A stretch of 64,000 bases of DNA. It comes from Frankiales bacterium (GTDB taxonomy: Bacteria; Actinomycetota; Actinomycetes; Mycobacteriales; SCTD01). A program made the position numbers and the translations under genes. Each line of letters starts with the position of its first letter. Position 1 is the stretch's first letter. Positions 29,259-38,393 of the stretch are shown piece by piece. The notes under the pieces are model-generated. The model did no database searches. It saw only the letters and a list, made by a program, of their open reading frames with translations, and had not been told where the DNA came from. The stretch is from assembly GCA_025465465.1 (NCBI GenBank), contig JAODND010000045.1:14098-78097 (forward strand), written 5' to 3'.

Positions 29259-30102
29259 GGTGCTGGTCGACGTCGAGGGACGGACGCTCAAGCTGACGAA
29301 CCTCGAGAAGGTGCTCTATCCCAGCGGGTTCACCAAGGGACAGGTCATCGACTACTACTCGCGCATCGCGCCGGTGATGCTCCCGCACCTGGCGCAGCGG
29401 GCACTGACGCGCAAGCGCTATCCGAACGGCACCGAGGGCCCGATGTTCTTCGAGAAGAACCGGCCGCAGGGGACGCCGCCGTGGGTGCGCACCGTGACGC
29501 TGCCGTCTCCGGGATCGACGAAGAACCGCGAGACGATCGAGTACGTCGTCTGCGACGACCTGGCCACCCTGGTCTGGACCGCCAACCTCGCGGCGCTGGA
29601 GCTGCACACCCATCAGTGGAAGGTCGGCCGGAAGACCCCCGACCTGCTCGTGTTCGACCTCGACCCCGGGCCGCCGGCGACCATCGTCGAGTGCTGCCGG
29701 GTCGCGGAGCTGCTGCGCGACGAGCTCGACCTCGAGCTCTACCCGAAGACCTCCGGCAACAAGGGGATGCAGCTGGTGGCGCGCGCTCCGCTGCGGGACA
29801 CCTCCGAATACGCCCGCAAGGTCGCCGAGGCCTTGGAGAACAAGCACCCGGAGCTGGTGGTCTCGAGGATGACCAAGGCCGTACGCCCGGGGAAGGTGTT
29901 CGTCGACTGGTCGCAGAACAACGGGGCCAAGACGACCGTCACGGTCTACTCGCTGCGCGCCCGGCACGAGCCGTCGGTGTCGACGCCCGTGACCTGGGAG
30001 GAGGTGGGCTCGTGCTCATCAGCATCGGACCTGGTGTTCCTCAGCGAGGACGTGCTCTTTCGCGTGGAGGAGCTGGGCGACCTCTTCGAGCCCTTGCTGT
30101 AA
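29245..30102 (+). CDS. LigD primase-polymerase (AEP) module (stand-alone)
   Basis: LTNLEKVLYP, KRYPNG, FFEKN, PDLLVFDLDP, KTSGNKGMQ, VFVDWSQN, YSLRAR. Confidence 0.93.
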   Translation: MSPSEVLVDVEGRTLKLTNLEKVLYPSGFTKGQVIDYYSRIAPVMLPHLAQRALTRKRYPNGTEGPMFFEKNRPQGTPPWVRTVTLPSPGSTKNRETIEYVVCDDLATLVWTANLAALELHTHQWKVGRKTPDLLVFDLDPGPPATIVECCRVAELLRDELDLELYPKTSGNKGMQLVARAPLRDTSEYARKVAEALENKHPELVVSRMTKAVRPGKVFVDWSQNNGAKTTVTVYSLRARHEPSVSTPVTWEEVGSCSSASDLVFLSEDVLFRVEELGDLFEPLL

Positions 30103-30141
30103 TCGCCCTCGCGGTGTTCCCTCGAAGTCGGAGGTGTTCTC

Positions 30142-30384
30142 GTGACCGGTGTCCCCCCGCCCGCCCTGACCGACGAGGCGCTCGAGCGCGAGCTCCTGCA
30201 CCTGCACGAGACCCGCAACGACACCTTCCTGCACGGCAGCGACGACGCTCTCGCCTTCCACACCTGGCGGATGGGCGAGCTGGAGGGTGAGTACCTCCGC
30301 CGCAACCCCGACCGCGTCCTCGATGCCCGGCGCACCCGGCACGGATCGCGCGAGCTCGCCGGTCAGGACGCCTCAGTCGTCTAG
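30142..30384 (+). CDS. DUF6158-like small protein
   Basis: LERELLHLHETRNDTFLHGSDDAL..HT.RMGELEGEYLRR; GGAGG RBS. Confidence 0.8.
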   Translation: MTGVPPPALTDEALERELLHLHETRNDTFLHGSDDALAFHTWRMGELEGEYLRRNPDRVLDARRTRHGSRELAGQDASVV

Positions 30385-30416
30385 GTGTCGCCTCGGTGCC
30401 GTCTAGGCTCGCGGGC

Positions 30417-31034
30417 ATGACCGCCAGCGAGGTGCCTGCCCGCGGGCAGCGCTTGCCCCGGCCCGCGCGGCGCAAGCAGCTGCTCGGCGCGGCGCAGGAG
30501 ATCTTCGTGGCTCAGGGCTACCACGCAGCGGCGATGGACGACATCGCAGAGCGCGCCGGCGTCTCCAAACCGGTGCTGTACCAGCACTTCCCGGGCAAGC
30601 TCGAGCTCTACCTCGCGCTGCTCGAGGAGCACGCCGCAGCCCTCACGCAGCGGGTCCGCGTCGCGCTCGACTCGACGACCGACAACCAGAAGCGGGTCGC
30701 CGCCTCGATCGAGGCCTACTTCGACTTCGTCGACGGCGACGGCGAGGGGTTCCGCCTCGTCTTCGAGAGCGACCTGCGCAACGACCCCACCGTCCGCGAG
30801 CGGGTCGAGCGGATGACTGCCGACTGCGTCGAGGCGATCACCGAGGTCATCGCGCACGACACCGGGCTGCCCCAGGACGAGGCCCGGCTGCTGTCGGTCG
30901 GCCTGACCGGCCTGGCCGAGATCGGCGCCCGCTGGTGGCTGTCGTCGGCCGACCGCCTCGAGAAGCGGCGCGCTGTCGAGCTGCTCGTCACGCTCGCCTG
31001 GCGCGGCATCTCGGGCGCGCCCCTCCACCCCTAG
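30417..31034 (+). CDS. TetR/AcrR family regulator (Rv3208-like)
   Basis: GYHAAAMDDIAERAGVSKPVLYQHFPGK, FRLVFESD; TAGGCT -10 7 nt upstream. Confidence 0.93.
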   Translation: MTASEVPARGQRLPRPARRKQLLGAAQEIFVAQGYHAAAMDDIAERAGVSKPVLYQHFPGKLELYLALLEEHAAALTQRVRVALDSTTDNQKRVAASIEAYFDFVDGDGEGFRLVFESDLRNDPTVRERVERMTADCVEAITEVIAHDTGLPQDEARLLSVGLTGLAEIGARWWLSSADRLEKRRAVELLVTLAWRGISGAPLHP

Positions 31035-31045
31035 CCCCCCTCAGG

Positions 31046-31109
31046 TGATCAACAGGTGATCGGCGGGGCGGCGCGCCGACGTGTCGCACCACCGACGCCC
31101 TGTTGATCA
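31046..31109. repeat. 64-bp imperfect palindromic (REP-like) element
   Basis: Perfect 11-bp terminal inverted repeat TGATCAACAGG/CCTGTTGATCA with further internal pairing. Confidence 0.6.
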
Positions 31110-31214
31110 TGGGCGGTGGGGTTCTGCCCTCGGCTGACAGCCGCCCGCTGGGCCGGACGCCTCGGTTAGCCTCGCAGCAACGACTCACGAACGACTCACG
31201 ACGGAGGCTCTGCG

Positions 31215-31442
31215 GTGGAGGTCAAGATCGGCGTGCAGTTCGCGTCACGCGAGCTGGTGCTCGAGAGCGGGCAGAGCCCCGACGAGGTCGCGAAGGCCGT
31301 GGCCGACGCCCTCAAGGCCGACCTCGGTGTGCTGACGCTGCAGGACGAGAAGGGCCGGCGGGTGCTGGTGCCCGCCGACAAGCTGGCCTACGTCGAGATC
31401 GCCGAGTCCGAGACCCGCAAGGTCGGCTTCGGCGCGATGTAG
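31215..31442 (+). CDS. DUF3107 family protein
   Basis: MEVKIGV..SRELVLES..DEKGRRVLVP..LAYVEI..RKVGF. Confidence 0.93.
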   Translation: MEVKIGVQFASRELVLESGQSPDEVAKAVADALKADLGVLTLQDEKGRRVLVPADKLAYVEIAESETRKVGFGAM

Positions 31443-31448
31443 CTCGGC

Positions 31449-32087
31449 TCAGGCCTCGAGGCCGAGCGACTGCATCCGCTCGGTGTGCTTGTTGGTGATG
31501 GACGTCAGCAGCCGCGAGATGCCGGCCAGGTCACCCGAGCCGACGAGCAGCTCGAGCAGCGCGTCCCGCTCGACAGCGACCTGCTGCGCCTGGATCAGCG
31601 CCTCCCCCACGAGCCGGCGCGCCCACAGCGCGAGCCGCCCGCCGACCGAAGGCTCCTCGGCGATGATCTCCTTCACCTTCGCCACCGCGAACGACGCCTG
31701 ACCGGTGTCGGCGAGCGATGACTCGATGAGGGCGCGGGTCTCGTCGTCCTTCACGTAGGTCGCGACCTCGCGGTAGAAGTCGGTCGCCATCCCGTCCCCG
31801 ACATAGGCCTTGATGAGGCCCTCGTACCAGTCCGACGGCTGGGTTGAGTCGTGGAAGCTGTCGAGGGGCTCGACGAACGGCGCCATCGCCTCGAACGGGT
31901 CCACGCCCCGCGACCGCAGGAAGGCCGTCAGCTTCTGGAAGTGCACGAACTCGACATTGGCCATGGTGCCGAGGGCGACCTTGTCCTCCACGGTCGGCGC
32001 GAGCTGCGCATCGGTCGCGAGTCGCTCGAAGGCGATCAACTCGCCGTACGCAAGCACGCCCAGCAGGTCGATGACAGCGGCATCCAT
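31449..32087 (-). CDS. Ferritin-like fold protein (MiaE-like, Rv3210c-like)
   Basis: DLLGVLAYGELIAFERLA, PSDWYEGLIKAYVGDG..DFYREV, LALWARRLVGEAL, HTERM. Confidence 0.9.
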   Translation of the reverse strand: MDAAVIDLLGVLAYGELIAFERLATDAQLAPTVEDKVALGTMANVEFVHFQKLTAFLRSRGVDPFEAMAPFVEPLDSFHDSTQPSDWYEGLIKAYVGDGMATDFYREVATYVKDDETRALIESSLADTGQASFAVAKVKEIIAEEPSVGGRLALWARRLVGEALIQAQQVAVERDALLELLVGSGDLAGISRLLTSITNKHTERMQSLGLEA

Positions 32088-32207
32088 GCCCCAAAAGGTA
32101 GGCTGGGTCCCACAGACACGAGTGTTGACCCTCACCTGGGACGCGCGCCCTTCCGGAGCTGCGCTTCACGACCGGCGGTCGGCACGCCAGCCAGGTAGAG
32201 GAAATCC

Positions 32208-33740
32208 ATGTCAGAAGAGAACGGTTTCGCCGCGCTCGGCGCGCGCCCGGAGACAGTCGAGGCGCTCGCCGCCGTCGGCATCACGCAGCCCTTCCCGATC
32301 CAGAAGATGACGCTGCAGATCGCGATGGGCAAGCACGACCTCATCGGTCAGGCCCGCACCGGCACCGGCAAGACGCTGGGCTTCGGCGTGCCGATGCTGC
32401 AAAACGTCAAGAGCAAGGAGGAGGGCAGCAACGGCGTCCCGCAGGGGCTCGTCGTCGTCCCCACCCGCGAGCTGTGCGTCCAGGTCGCCAGCGACCTCGA
32501 GATCGCCGGCAGGACCCGCGGCATCCGGGTGCAGAGCATCTACGGCGGCCGGGCCTTCGAGCCGCAGGTCGAATCCCTCAAGAGGGGAGTCGAGATCGTG
32601 GTCGGCACCCCGGGCCGGCTGCTCGACCTGGCCCGCCAGGGCCACCTGAACCTCGGCCAGGTCGAGATGCTCGTCCTCGACGAGGCCGACGAGATGCTCG
32701 ACCTCGGCTTCCTCCCCGACGTCGAACGCATCCTCGACCTGACGCCCGACGAGCGGCAGACGATGCTGTTCAGCGCGACGATGCCGTCACCGGTCGTGGC
32801 GCTCGCCCGCCGCTTCATGCGCCAGCCGACGCACATCCGTGCCGAGGAGGTCGACGAGGGCCGCACCGTGCCCGACACCGAGATCTTCGTCTACCGCTGC
32901 CACGCGATGGACAAGGGCGAGATGCTCGCGCGCATCCTGCAGGCCGAGGGCCGCGGACTGACGATGGTCTTCTGCCGCACCAAGCGCACCTGCGACAAGG
33001 TCGCCGAGGACATGAACGACCGCGGCTTCGCGGCCGCCGCTGTGCACGGAGACCTCGGCCAGGGCGCGCGCGAGCAGGCGCTCCGCGCGTTCCGCAGCGG
33101 CAAGATCGACGTCCTCGTCGCGACCGACGTCGCGGCCCGGGGCATCGACGTGCAGGACGTCACGCACGTCATCAACTACCAGTGCCCCGACGAGGAGCGC
33201 ACCTTCCTGCACCGCATCGGCCGTACAGGCCGGGCGGGCGCCAAGGGCGTGGCGATCACGTTCGTCGACTGGGACGACATGCCCAAGTGGGGCCTGATCA
33301 ACAAGGACCTCAACCTGCCCTTCCCGGAGCCGCTGGAGACCTACTCGTCGTCCAAGCACCTCTACGACGACCTCCACATCCCGGTGGGCACCACGGGCAG
33401 GCTGCCGCGCGCCGCGCGGACCCGCGTCGGCCTGGAGGCCGAGGAGCTCGAGGACGTCGGCGAGACCGGGCGCAAGCCCCGCAAGGCCGCGCCGAGCCGT
33501 CGTACCCCCGACGCGGTCGGGACCGCGGACGGGCCGGACGCCCCCGCACTGCCCAAGCGCACCGGTGCTCCCCGCCAGCGCACCCGAGGCAGCGGCGCCG
33601 CTGTCGCTGCTGCGCCCGCGTTCAGCGACTCCGACAGCGGCGAGGGCCGCTCCGCCGCTGAGGGCGACGCCCCACCGCGCCGCCGGCGGCGCGGTGGCCG
33701 TGGCCGCGGTGGCGCTGGCGGCACCAGCTCCGAGGGCTGA
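32208..33740 (+). CDS. DEAD-box RNA helicase
   Basis: PFPIQ Q-motif, ARTGTGKT, PTRELC, TPGRL, DEAD, SAT, ARGID, HRIGRTGR; basic tail. Confidence 0.97.
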   Translation: MSEENGFAALGARPETVEALAAVGITQPFPIQKMTLQIAMGKHDLIGQARTGTGKTLGFGVPMLQNVKSKEEGSNGVPQGLVVVPTRELCVQVASDLEIAGRTRGIRVQSIYGGRAFEPQVESLKRGVEIVVGTPGRLLDLARQGHLNLGQVEMLVLDEADEMLDLGFLPDVERILDLTPDERQTMLFSATMPSPVVALARRFMRQPTHIRAEEVDEGRTVPDTEIFVYRCHAMDKGEMLARILQAEGRGLTMVFCRTKRTCDKVAEDMNDRGFAAAAVHGDLGQGAREQALRAFRSGKIDVLVATDVAARGIDVQDVTHVINYQCPDEERTFLHRIGRTGRAGAKGVAITFVDWDDMPKWGLINKDLNLPFPEPLETYSSSKHLYDDLHIPVGTTGRLPRAARTRVGLEAEELEDVGETGRKPRKAAPSRRTPDAVGTADGPDAPALPKRTGAPRQRTRGSGAAVAAAPAFSDSDSGEGRSAAEGDAPPRRRRRGGRGRGGAGGTSSEG

Positions 33741-33781
33741 TCGGCTCAAGCCCGACGTCGTGCCGCGCCGAAGCAGCATGC

Positions 33782-34222
33782 ATGGTGCTACGACTGGTCG
33801 GTGGCGTGCGGACGGGCGAGGACTCGGAGGACCTCCGGGCCTTCCTCAGGACGCTCGAGGGCTCTGCCGAGGTGCACGAGACCGCCTTGCTCGCCTGCGG
33901 CAACCACGGCGACGAACGGCCCACCTGGACCTACATCGAGGCCGACCCGGCCACGGGCGTCGCCCGTCGCCGCTGCCTGCAGTGCGCGGCCAACGTGTGG
34001 GTTCTCGACTCCGAGGGCCGCTGGACGTTCCCGCGCATGTGGAGCTGCGGCACCTGCGGCCAGTCGATAGCGGAGGTCGCCGCCGGGCTCGCCATGCCCG
34101 ACGGCGAGCATGTCGAGTGGGTCGTGCTCGGCGCCCGCTGCGTCGACTGCGGTCGCGTCGACGGCCTGACCGACATGGTGCTGCCGGGTACCCCGCTCAG
34201 AGAGGTCCTGGACGCGCTCTGA
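33782..34222 (+). CDS. Hypothetical multi-cysteine (putative zinc-ribbon) protein
   Basis: CGNH, CLQC, CGTC, CVDC pairs; GC3-biased frame. Confidence 0.75.
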   Translation: MVLRLVGGVRTGEDSEDLRAFLRTLEGSAEVHETALLACGNHGDERPTWTYIEADPATGVARRRCLQCAANVWVLDSEGRWTFPRMWSCGTCGQSIAEVAAGLAMPDGEHVEWVVLGARCVDCGRVDGLTDMVLPGTPLREVLDAL

Positions 34223-34265
34223 CGGTCGCGGTGTCGTGCGGCAGGCCGCTGCATAGGCTGGGTGC

Positions 34266-35129
34266 ATGAGCGCGGTCGACAACAGTCCCTTGCCCGAGGG
34301 CGTCCGGCGGACCGCCGTCGACATCCCGGGCGGGCCCCTCGCGATACTCGATGCCGGTGCCGCTGAACGCGGGACCGTCGTGATGGTGCCCGGCTTCACC
34401 GGCAGCAAGGAGGACTTCCGGCTGCTCGTGAAGCCGCTTGCGGACGCCGGCTTCCACGTCGTCGCCGTGGACCAGCGGGGGCAGCACGAGTCCGACGGCC
34501 CCGACGACGAGGCTGCCTACACGACCGAGGTCCTGGGCGCCGACCTGATCCAGGTGGTGAAAGCCCTCGGCGAGGGCCCCGTGCACCTGGTCGGTCACAG
34601 CTTCGGCGGACTCGTGGGACGCGCCGCGGTGCTGCAGGAGCCGTCGGCGTTCAGGTCGTTCGTGCTGATGGGCTCCGGTCCCGCCGGTCTCACCGGCGCC
34701 CGCGCAGACGTGATGCCCTTCATGCGCGCGATCCTGCTCGACGGTGGTCTGGAGGCGGTCTGGGAGGCGGCACTGCAGCTGCCGCCGCACCCCGACAAGC
34801 CTGCGGTCACCGCTGAGGTCCAGGACTTCCTGCGTGCCCGGATGCTCGGCAACACCCCCGCCGGACTGCTCGGCACCGCCGCTGCCCTCACCTCTGAGCC
34901 CGATCGGGTGGAGGAGCTGCGGGCCACCGGGATCCGCTGCCTCGTCGTCTACGGCGAGCGCGACGATGCCTGGAGCCCGGCACAGCAGTCCCAGATGGCC
35001 GAGCGGCTCGGCTGCGAGACCACGGTCATCGCGGGGGCCTGGCACTCCCCCGCCGCCGAGCAGCCCGAAGCGACCCTCGCCGCCCTGCTCGCCTTCCTCA
35101 CCCGACTTCCCGCGTCGGACGCCGGCTGA
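34266..35129 (+). CDS. Alpha/beta hydrolase
   Basis: VPGFTGSKEDF, DQRGQHES, GHSFGG, HSPA. Confidence 0.92.
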   Translation: MSAVDNSPLPEGVRRTAVDIPGGPLAILDAGAAERGTVVMVPGFTGSKEDFRLLVKPLADAGFHVVAVDQRGQHESDGPDDEAAYTTEVLGADLIQVVKALGEGPVHLVGHSFGGLVGRAAVLQEPSAFRSFVLMGSGPAGLTGARADVMPFMRAILLDGGLEAVWEAALQLPPHPDKPAVTAEVQDFLRARMLGNTPAGLLGTAAALTSEPDRVEELRATGIRCLVVYGERDDAWSPAQQSQMAERLGCETTVIAGAWHSPAAEQPEATLAALLAFLTRLPASDAG

Positions 35130-35163
35130 GATCAGCACCAGTTCACGGAAGTGGGTGGTCAGG

Positions 35164-35928
35164 ATGGCGGACGCCGGCCTCTACGGCCCCGGCTCGGTGA
35201 CCTGGCGGGTCCACGGCGACCCGGTGATGGCGCTGGCGGGTCCCCGCGCGCTGCTGCTGCAGGCCCTGCAGCCCGACGCGATGGCCGGGGTGGCAGGCAG
35301 CTCCGGCTTCCGTGACGACCCCTGGGGCCGACTGCACCGCACGGCCGAGTACGTCGGCGTCACGACCTTCGGCACCACCGCCGAGGCCGAGCGCGCGGGC
35401 GCGCGAGTGCGGGGCATCCACCACAGGCTGGGCCTCGACGATCCGCACCTGCTGCTGTGGGTGCACTGCACCGAGGTCGAGTCGTTCCTCACCACCGTGA
35501 CTCGGTGCGGTCTGCGGCTGTCCGGCGAGGAGAAGGACCAGTACTACCTCGAGCAGGTGGCGAATGCCCGGCTGGTCGGGCTCGAGACGGCACCGACGAG
35601 CCGCGAGGCGATGGCGGAGTACTTCCGCACCATGCGCCCCGAGCTGCACGCCACGCCCGCGGCACGAGAGGCCGCGCGCTTCGTGCTCTCCCCGCCGCTG
35701 ACCGGACGGCTCCGGACCCTCAAGCCCGCCTGGTTCGGCATCGCGGGCATCTCCGTCGCGATGCTGCCGCGGTGGGCCCGGCGGATGTATCGGCTACCCG
35801 GCCTCCCGACGACCGACGTCGGTGCGACGGCGGCCGGGATCGCCTTGCGCACCAGCCTTCTCGCGCTGCCGGAGCACCTGCGCCATGGCCCGCACTTCCG
35901 CGAGGCCCTGGAGCGACTGGCGAGCTGA
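35164..35928 (+). CDS. Oxygenase MpaB/DUF2236 family protein
   Basis: GLYGPGSVTWRVH, RALLLQALQP, DPWGRL.RT, DPHLLLWVH. Confidence 0.88.
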   Translation: MADAGLYGPGSVTWRVHGDPVMALAGPRALLLQALQPDAMAGVAGSSGFRDDPWGRLHRTAEYVGVTTFGTTAEAERAGARVRGIHHRLGLDDPHLLLWVHCTEVESFLTTVTRCGLRLSGEEKDQYYLEQVANARLVGLETAPTSREAMAEYFRTMRPELHATPAAREAARFVLSPPLTGRLRTLKPAWFGIAGISVAMLPRWARRMYRLPGLPTTDVGATAAGIALRTSLLALPEHLRHGPHFREALERLAS

Positions 35929-35929
35929 G

Positions 35930-37618
35930 CTACTTGACGGTGAAGGTCTGCTTCGTCTCGTAGCTGTCGAGATCGCTCACCCGGATCTGAAGGTCGATGA
36001 CGTAGGTGCCCTTCGACGGGATCACCAGGTTCAGGTCCTCGTAGTGGCCGATCGACTTCAGCGGCGGCGTGACCGTGATCTGGTCGGAGCTGCCCTTCTT
36101 CTGCAGGAAGCCGCTGACCTCGGCGACGGTCTTGGTGAGCCCACTGCTGGTCAGGACGGTGTAGACGTGCAGCCCGTTGACGCCCTTGCGGGCCGGATAG
36201 ATGTCGACGGCGACGGTGTAGGGACCAGCGATCGACTTGCCGGTGTACGGCGGCGCGAAGGCCTCCTTCGCGGGGATGCTGTTGACGAGGAAGGCCGTCA
36301 CGACGAGCACCACCACGCTGAGGGCCGCCTCGACGCCGACGCTGCGGCGCAGTCCGGCCACGTCGTCGCCTCCGGGTGCTTCGGGTGGCGCGGCTGTCTC
36401 GGTCGCCGCGGCCACGACCGGCCGGGTGTAGTGCGACCTCACATAGGCGCGTCCGACGAGCGCGAACAGCAGCATCAGCCCGACGAGGGCGTACTTCGAG
36501 ACGAGCAGCAGCCCGTACCGCGTGCTGAACAAGGCACCGACCTCGCCCACCTCGCGGATCGTGGCGAAGACCCCGGTGGCGACAAGCAGCACCACCGACC
36601 AGAAGGCGAGCCGTGACCAGCCGGGCAGCAGCGCCGCCTGCTCGTCCTCGGTCCACGAGCGCAGCCCCCGCCTCAGGACGACGAGCCCACCGACCCAGGC
36701 GCTGACGAACACGAGGTGGACGGTGTCGAACACGTCGGTCCACGGTTCCCACGAGCCGACGCCGGCATGCCCGGCCGCCGACCAGGTCATCGCCATCACC
36801 AGCCCCAGGCCGGCGAACAGCCCCGCCGAGGCCCGACCGAGGCGCTTGCCGACCGCGAGCACGGCGACGGCTGCCAGGGCAGCGACCGCGATCCGGGTCG
36901 AGGTGGCCTCTCCGTACTTCGTCTTCATGACCGCCGACAGCAGGCTCGTGTCGAAGGTCTTGCCGAGTCCGTCGCCGGCCGCATAGGGCCCCTCGAGGAA
37001 CAGCGCGAGGGCTGCCGTGACGGACTCGACGAGGGCCGCACCGAACAGCATCTTGCGCAGTCTCGGCACGCCCGCGGGCCAGAGGAGCAGGCAGAAGATC
37101 GCGCCGCCGAGGAAGACGAGCAACGCGGCGAACCCGAGGAAGCGGGTCGTCCCCAGGGCGATGCTGGGCGCGCGGGGGGCGGCGTTCAGCGACGTGAGGT
37201 TTCCTCGTCCGACCCGCGCAGCGAGGTCACCACTTGCCTTGCCGACGCTGAACGTGAAGGCGCCCGACACCGGGTGGCTGTCTGCGGACACGACCCGCCA
37301 GAGGACGACGTACGAGCCTTGCGCGAGTCCGCGGCTCAGGGGGATGTGCACGACCGAGCCGCCCCCGCTGAGGAAGGGCACGCCGTTGTCGACCCGGGCG
37401 CCCTGGGCGGTCTCGACCTTGAGCTGGCCGAGCCCGATCGAGACGGCCTCCCCATAGGTGAGGGTGACCTCCGTCGGGGCGCTGTCGAGGATCTGCGAGT
37501 CCTGCGGGGTGGTCTTGAGCAGCGCCGCGTGGGCCATCGCCTCGGGAGCGGCCAGACCGAGCAGGAGCAGCGCGGACAGAAGCGCTCCCATCAGGGCGCC
37601 TGCGCGGCGCATCCTCAT
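35930..37618 (-). CDS. CopC/CopD fusion copper resistance/uptake protein (YcnJ-like)
   Basis: Signal peptide then HAALLKTTP, WRVVSADSHPVSG (CopC); multi-TM CopD region with GHA, HLVFVSAWVGG, YGLLLVSK. Confidence 0.92.
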   Translation of the reverse strand: MRMRRAGALMGALLSALLLLGLAAPEAMAHAALLKTTPQDSQILDSAPTEVTLTYGEAVSIGLGQLKVETAQGARVDNGVPFLSGGGSVVHIPLSRGLAQGSYVVLWRVVSADSHPVSGAFTFSVGKASGDLAARVGRGNLTSLNAAPRAPSIALGTTRFLGFAALLVFLGGAIFCLLLWPAGVPRLRKMLFGAALVESVTAALALFLEGPYAAGDGLGKTFDTSLLSAVMKTKYGEATSTRIAVAALAAVAVLAVGKRLGRASAGLFAGLGLVMAMTWSAAGHAGVGSWEPWTDVFDTVHLVFVSAWVGGLVVLRRGLRSWTEDEQAALLPGWSRLAFWSVVLLVATGVFATIREVGEVGALFSTRYGLLLVSKYALVGLMLLFALVGRAYVRSHYTRPVVAAATETAAPPEAPGGDDVAGLRRSVGVEAALSVVVLVVTAFLVNSIPAKEAFAPPYTGKSIAGPYTVAVDIYPARKGVNGLHVYTVLTSSGLTKTVAEVSGFLQKKGSSDQITVTPPLKSIGHYEDLNLVIPSKGTYVIDLQIRVSDLDSYETKQTFTVK

Positions 37619-38328
37619 GACTCAGCTCTTCCGCTGCGGCCGCTGCGCACCAGCGCCCCGAGGGCGAGCAGCGCCGCGAGCACGGCGACGGCCAGCCCCG
37701 CGCCGCCAAGAGCCTTTGCGGTGCTGTCGTCACTGGCGGTCTTTGTCGCGATCGGCGCTGCGGAAGCGCTGACGCTGACCTGAGGAGAGGCCGTCACGGT
37801 CGGCGTGCCCGGTGTGGTCGGCGTCCCGAGCATGAGCACGGGAGCCGGGTGCTCGGCTGACGCGCCGGTCTCGATCCAGCGGACGACGGTGCCGTCCTTG
37901 TAGGTCTGCACGGCCTTGAACGTGATGCTGTCGGTCTCCGGCAAGTGGCCGGCAGCGAGGGTGAAGTCGTCATACCCGCCGGGCGGGATGCCGCCGGCCG
38001 TGGCGGTCCAGACCACATCGACCACGGCGGTCGTGATGTCGCCGTCGTCGGTCTTGATCGGCGTCGCGAGCTTCGTGCTCTTGACGGTGAACGTCCAGCC
38101 GGTCTTGGCCTCGGCATAGACGCCGGCGATCGGCTTGTCGGCAGGCAGCGCGATCTCGACCTTGGTCGTCGGTGCGGGCTCCTCGTTGGGCACACGGAAC
38201 ACGATCTCCGCGTCGTCGCCGCCCGGGGTCGCGTCACCACTGTGCACGGTGACGTGGGCGGCGGCGGGCAGGGCGAGCAGGATCACGGCAGCGGCCGTGG
38301 CGGGCAGGGCAAAGCGCTTGGTGTGCAA
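37615..38328 (-). CDS. ycnI: YcnI/DUF1775 copper-binding membrane protein
   Basis: AAAHVTV, FRVPNE, FKAVQTYKDG..VRW, EHPAP, C-terminal TM; AGGAG RBS and TTG start. Confidence 0.9.
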   Translation of the reverse strand: MHTKRFALPATAAAVILLALPAAAHVTVHSGDATPGGDDAEIVFRVPNEEPAPTTKVEIALPADKPIAGVYAEAKTGWTFTVKSTKLATPIKTDDGDITTAVVDVVWTATAGGIPPGGYDDFTLAAGHLPETDSITFKAVQTYKDGTVVRWIETGASAEHPAPVLMLGTPTTPGTPTVTASPQVSVSASAAPIATKTASDDSTAKALGGAGLAVAVLAALLALGALVRSGRSGRAES

Positions 38329-38329
38329 G

Positions 38330-38393
38330 GGAACTCCTGGTCTGAGTGCGGGACGGGTGACTACTGCGCGGAGGCGAGTAGCACCGGAGGTCC
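38330..38393 (-). promoter_or_regulatory. Predicted SD-sequestering RNA structure linking the leader RGPP codons to the ycnI RBS
   Basis: mRNA GGACCTCCGGT (38393-38383) is complementary to ACCAGGAGTTCC (38341-38330); inner hairpin GGTGCTACT/AGTAGTCACC. Confidence 0.55.

Noticed and set aside
32105-32207. Possibly structured 5' leader of the DEAD-box helicase (riboswitch or thermometer)
   Set aside because: Only short GC stems and no recognisable family consensus; cannot be supported without covariation data.
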